Shown: one piece after another, positions 31,381 through 36,478 of the stretch
How positions within the stretch are numbered: the stretch's first letter is position 1
Layout of the letters: every line of letters begins with the position of its first letter
Source of the DNA: Cercozoa sp. M6MM
Taxonomy: Eukaryota > Protista > Endomyxa: Ascetosporea
Assembly: GCA_040357565.1 (NCBI GenBank)
Contig: JBDODJ010000115.1
Strand: one strand, 5' to 3'
Length of the DNA: 36,478 nucleotides
The notes under the pieces: model-generated
Told to the model about the DNA's origin: nothing
Database searches by the model: none
What the model saw: only the letters and a program-made list of their open reading frames with translations
Position numbers and translations under genes: made by a program

Positions 31381-33408
31381 TTATTGAGTCATTTGAGCCT
31401 TTAGTTTGTTCTCCCAGATGACGTAGCTGGTCGGCGTTGCCGGTGCATGTGAGATGTCTTGAGAGCGCTCGCGAGGGAGACGCCATGTGCACTGGCTGGA
31501 CGCTTTCGCGCAAGAGCGCGCCTCAGACTCTCGGAGGAGGTGACTGACGCCAGACTGTTCCAGGAGAGCGTCTTTTCGGCCATCTTTAACTGTATTTGGG
31601 GTCCATTCGATATACACTGCGTCTGCAATATTCTTGAGAGGCAAAATATCGTACGCTTTCAGTTTCGACCCTTTTCACAATCTCCATCGCCGAACTCGAC
31701 GGTCGTCTCACGCTGGACGTTGCCCCTGTTCGAGCTTGACCTTGATACACTCCAAAAGAAACCCCGGCGCTGCTTCGTCTGTTTGTGTCAGTCTCATCCA
31801 CAGCGGCATCAAGTAAAGGTGCTCGCGGAGCAAAACCTACGCGCGATAATTTTAGATTGCATACTTTAAATTTAAGTTTAGGTTCGGGAAGGACTGCACC
31901 GATAGGCTGCTTCAGCTCAACTGACATCACAGGTTTGATATCGATCCCGTGGCCGACAATGGCTTCGCTGAAGGCGGCACGTTGCTCCTTCTGTGACACG
32001 ACTTGAGATCGCTTCCATCCGAGCTTCGTCGACACACTGTGACGCCTGCTTCGTGCAGCTTTTTTGTGGTATTTGGACCGCCTAACAAAGCACACTTGCT
32101 TCGTATCCTATGGAAGCAAGACCATTGGTACCGCTTGCTTTCCTTTGAATGTTGCAGCGCCTTAGATTGCCGAATAAACGATCGCACGAATCTCTCGTCG
32201 ATGTTACCGAAATTTTCACCGTGAAGCAGCCAGTCACTTCGTCGTTTTTCGCGCGATCTATGGCTAGCCGCTTGCGTTGTAGGCAACGCGCTCTGTGCTC
32301 CGTCTTCCTGTAGCAGAGCTTCATCAAACTGAGCCAAATCCTCTTCGAGCTCTCGAATGCTCTTTTCTCTGACAAATCGCCGGCGGTATCCAATGGGGTC
32401 ATTCCTGTCCTTCGAGACTTGCTCTTTTGTCGGCCAAACAGGATACCTCACCTGCCCGGGACCCGAATAGTAGCGAGGAACATGCTTTCTCTCCTTGACA
32501 ACCACAGTGCAGAGACGCCTTGCCGGCTTTTGCGTCGCCGAGCGCTCCTTTAAAAGATGCCTGCTTGGATATCTGAGTGAGTTTTCCAGCAGTCTGTGCG
32601 AAAGCGACAATCCTCGTGCGCTTAAATCTCGCTCCATCCAGTCGCCTGACCACAAATTCATGAAGAAGCAATCTGAAAAGCTGATCTGGATCAGGAAATG
32701 AAGTACCATATTCGTCATTAAATCCACCGTCAGCGCCAAGCGAATGTTTCTTCGCCGATTCGCCTACCCTGTTTGGCTGTCCCAAGCGTTTGGCACCTCG
32801 AAGTCGCGCGGTGTCTCGTTTTGGCAAAATCTCTTGCAAGTCCGCAGGAACTCGGAAACTGAAGCGTTTCGAATGAAACCAGTGACTTATCGTGTCGAGC
32901 ATTTGAATCAGCTCGGTGGTTCTGGCACTCAAGCTGCGAGATCTGCTGAGGTGAGCTTCACACAAAAGCTCCAGACTGTAGCATATTGTCCGCAAGAAAG
33001 TCAGCCTCAATTGCAGTGCAGCTGCATCACTTTTGGTGAGGGTTGCCGAACGCTCACGGAAGTGTCGCTCAGCTTGTGGAAGCATCTACAAGCGACCACG
33101 TCATTTGATAAACAAACACTGAGAAACAGAGTGAAGCGTACGGTGCACTGCCCAAACAGTTGCAAGAACGACGGTAGAGAACACAAAGTCGCCTCGAATC
33201 TAGGATCTGTTTCATTTGACCTGTCGATGGCTCTGCATAGTTTTTGGAAGACATTTGGCACGTCATCAACTGAAGCAGGCTGGTGCAGTGCGAGGGCAAC
33301 GTCGAAATCCGAAAACAGCCGTTCCAATGTGAGCGTTTTGCTACTCCCAGGCGCCGTTTTAGTGTGGGTGCGAGCCACTTTCCCAAGCTGGAGCCGAGGT
33401 ACTTCCAT
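31381..33408 (-). CDS. Hypothetical protein (large exons, few introns)
   Basis: MEVPRLQLGKV... ORFs 33007..33432, 32399..33085, 31927..32739 and 31586..32095 join through ~50-60-nt GT-AG introns. The 3' end is approximate and no family was recognised. Confidence 0.55.
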
Positions 33409-33663
33409 TTCAAAACTCGGGTGCTTCCCCACGCAGCGGGTTTTTGCCCACTTTACGGCGCCCAGGCCTTTAACGCGCTATCACAAGCAGCAAGTCAAGA
33501 TATGCACCATTCTAAACGTACTCAGCGTATGGTATTTACCCACAAACGCGCGGAGGCTGTTGGGCCAGACTTTCTTCTTCCTAGCGCAGTAGCCACCCTG
33601 TTTCTGAGTGGCAGGACAAGTACATCAATGGGTAGCTCCAGTGCTGTGTGCTAAACAAGGAGT

Positions 33664-35905
33664 ATGGTGCTAGGGCAACAGCAGCGCGTCCAACTGTACT
33701 TGAAATCTGAGAGATGATATGCACGTGTGCATTTTGATTTTGTGTTTTTTGGCAACGTTTGTGTGCTTGTGGGCAGCAACGCCGCCGTGCTATGGCACCT
33801 GCGAGATAGTGGATACTTGGAGTCGTTCGAAGCGCTGCAGCGCGAGTCGGGTGTCTCACTTGCCGATCACGAAGCGCAGGTGTGTTTTTTTTTCTCACAA
33901 ATAAAGTCTAAGCTATGAGATCTGCCAGAGTACCGTTGCTCATGTCCAGGTGGCTCGACTACTGGAACGAAAATGGAACAGCGTCGTGCGATTGCAGCGA
34001 AAAGTTTTGGACCTCCAACGGCAACTGAAGAGTACAAATACGAATACCCCTTGTTTTCTCCATCCAGCTTTGGTATGTTGCAGGTGCCACGGAGGCACTC
34101 GAAAGTGCATCGGCGCTGCCGGCACAAACAGTTAATGGAGCGACTGCACTGACACATGCGCAGTCGATTCGATTACCACGCGCGTCACTGCGCACGCTGA
34201 GTGGTCACCGCGGTGCTATCAACTGCCTCAGTGTGCATCCGTCGCTGCCGCTGCTGCTGTCAGCTGGTGTGTTGCTTCACTCCATGTTACCCCTTCCCTC
34301 ACACCCCCACTTTCTTATACCTTGCTCTTATTCTCCCTGTTTTTTCTACACTCTGTTATAAGACTTTATATTTTACACTCGCTTTATAACCTTGCCATGT
34401 ACCCCCCCCCCCTCAGGCGAGGACGGCTCAGTAAGATTGTGGGACACTGCGACCGGTGCGTGCGAAACAGCGGCGCGTGCGCACAGCGACAGCGCCTCAT
34501 GCGCCGTGTTTGTTCCTTCCGGCAGCACGACGTCGCTTAGCGAGTCCGAGGGACCGCTTCTGGTGGCCACGGGCAGTGTCGATATGTCAGTCAAGTTGTG
34601 GGACTTCAGAGGTATGCCCCTCACCCCCTGTATGTGATGCGTGTCATGTACCCTCTGTGTGAAGGACCGAAACCGAGGTGTCTGCGTACACTGCGCGGCC
34701 ACGAGCACAGCGTATCGCAGTTGGCGCTGCTGCCGAGCGATCCGGGTACGCTGCTGTCGTGCTCGCGCGATGGCACGCTCAAGTTCTGGCAGGTGCAGAG
34801 GTGCGTCTTCCTGTACTTTGCCCTCCCCTCCCCGTTACCCCTTCCATCTGGACAGTGGAATGTGTATCCGCACCCTGACGCCGTTCGCATCGGTGACAGA
34901 CGGCAGCAGTGGCAACAAGCAGTGGGTGCGCTGTGTGGCCACTCTGTACGGCCAGGTTAATGCGAGCGACTCGATCGCACTCGCCTCTGGCAGGTACTGA
35001 GTGTCTTCACAATCAACATACCCCTTTACCCTTTACCCCTTTACCCTCTTTGTCCCCTGTTGGTAGTGGCCACGTGGCAGTACTGCGCAACGACACTTCG
35101 CACGAGGACCGGCTGCTGCGAGTGCACGAGCACGTGATCGAGGCTGTCGCATGGGCGCCGTTGCGAGCCGAGATTCTCCTGCGGCACCGCGAGGATATTC
35201 TCGCATTGTTGGGTATACCCTCATTACCCCATCACTTCTCTGTTACCCCTTTAATTTTACTCTTAACCCCCTGCTCCCACGCAGAAAAAGACGCGAGCGA
35301 AGAGAATTTGCAGCGAGAAAGCGAAATTGTCGAAACTTTTGTGCAGCGTCGTTTGGATGCATTAAAGCTTGGTACACTCGCACTTACCCCGCGCGGCCCC
35401 CACCCCACCCCACCTACCTTACCCCTTTGGGCAGAGAAAGAGTCCGACTTTGACGACAGCGACGAGTACCGGCTGAGGCGTTTTCTGTGCACGGCCTCGC
35501 GTGACTGCAGTGTCCGACTGGTCGATGTACACGCCGGCAGTGTCGTCGAACTCGGGCGGCACGACAACTGGGCGCGCGCCCTGTGCTGGCACCGCGACGG
35601 TCGCGTTCTCTTCTCTTGCGGCGATGACAAAAGCATCCGCGCCTTTGACGTCCTCAGGAGGCAGTGCGTTTCTCCCTGTGCACGTGCTTTTAACCGCTCA
35701 ACAAGAAACGCCCTGTGTGTGACAGGGAAGTACGAAAGATCACGCGAGCGCACGAAGCCTTTGTTTGTATGTTCAAATATCCTTCCTTTCGATCTCGGTG
35801 AAAGGTTGTTTACAAACCTTGGTGTGTGTAGCTGCCTTGGCCACTACGACGCGTCTCGTGTCGAGCGACTCTCGCGGACTCATTCACGTCTGGGACTCGC
35901 GTTAA
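33664..35905 (+). CDS. LIS1: LIS1 (LisH, coiled coil, WD40) dynein regulator, divergent; 11 introns
   Basis: MVLGQQQRVQLNAAVLWHLRDSGY...LLERKWNSVVRLQRKVLDLQ matches the LIS1 N-terminus. WD repeats LSGHRG, GEDGSVRLWD, LRGHEHSVS, SCSRDGTLKFW, HEHVIEAVAW, HDNWAR and SCGDDKSIR. Confidence 0.92.
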
Positions 35906-36191
35906 TTCCACAGCCACCGGCGCGGTACCGTCGACGTCGCGATCGCGCATCTCGTTTACGTTAGAGATTGTACGTTTGAAATTTAGTCAGTTCAGCAGCT
36001 TTTCGAACTGAAGCCTGCCGGAGGTTGCAAGAAATCGCTGTCGTGTGTCACTGCTGGCGCTCGAACAAGCAAATGACGTGCTGGCTTCAGCGAGCGACTC
36101 GGTCATCGGAACTTCCCCGCCTCTTTCTCTGTGATCTCGTCTTTCTGGTATGGTGCTCCAGCGATGGCGCAAGTACTCCCCCTCGCTGTGT

Positions 36192-36478
36192 TGTTACTGC
36201 ACATTTTCAGTAATCATTGCTCTGACCCGTCCGCGTGGAGGTCATAACCTATGTCTCAAGCAAGTTTGAGAAAGGAAGGAGTTTAAGAGTGTTTTGGCTT
36301 GGTACCTTGCTCTGAGACCTAACTACTGACTCAGTGGATTGCTGTTGCTGTAGATCTTGCCTGGACAGAGTCCTTGCAGAGAAGCAGAAAGCTCCGTCAC
36401 GGCTTCAGCCTGGTCAGTTAGCTCATTGGCAGGTTTCCATTCCACTCACTTCGTCGTGTGTTCACAGGCGGAGTTTTT
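36192..36478. mobile_element. LTR-like element, inverted copy of the 28105-28585 family, truncated by the window edge
   Basis: Reverse complement aligns to 28287-28585 at roughly 90% identity (by eye); intact terminus TGTTACTGC at 36192. Confidence 0.88.

Noticed and set aside
32744-33592. 282-aa plus-strand ORF
   Set aside because: It is antisense to the minus-strand exon chain and has no recognisable features.
35987-36172. 61-aa minus-strand ORF next to the terminal LTR-like copy
   Set aside because: It could be the last exon of a gene beyond the window, but there is no motif or splice support within the window.

Overview
Gene-dense, very intron-rich eukaryotic (protist-type) genomic DNA. 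There are no prokaryotic features, CRISPR arrays, rRNA or tRNA genes. Manual splicing of the fragmented ORF track gives about 17 protein-coding genes with short (mostly ~55-80 nt) GT-AG introns. Recognisable genes: the 5' part of cytosolic LeuRS, NAF1, CPSF30/CPSF4, TMEM184, CDK5RAP1/MiaB (~25 introns), GPC1 and LIS1. Less certain calls: a signal-peptide protein resembling an all-alpha bacterial polymorphic-toxin domain, a Rap1-like Myb protein, a multi-pass membrane protein, a PX+WD40 protein, a zinc-ribbon/proline-rich/NPF protein, a polyQ TRF2/HOY1 PH-like protein and several hypotheticals. Six gene pairs are head-to-head across 255-373 bp. Three related TG...CA elements (two complete, ~480-490 bp, with 4-bp target-site duplications, probably solo LTRs) all sit 150-290 bp downstream of stop codons. 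A ~105-nt structured non-coding element occurs twice. Most notable: the secreted toxin-like gene, the atypical GTAC-dominated 5' splice sites, the duplicated structured element and the 3'-flank position of the LTR-like elements. All exon boundaries and family calls were made by eye and from remembered motifs; no searches were run.
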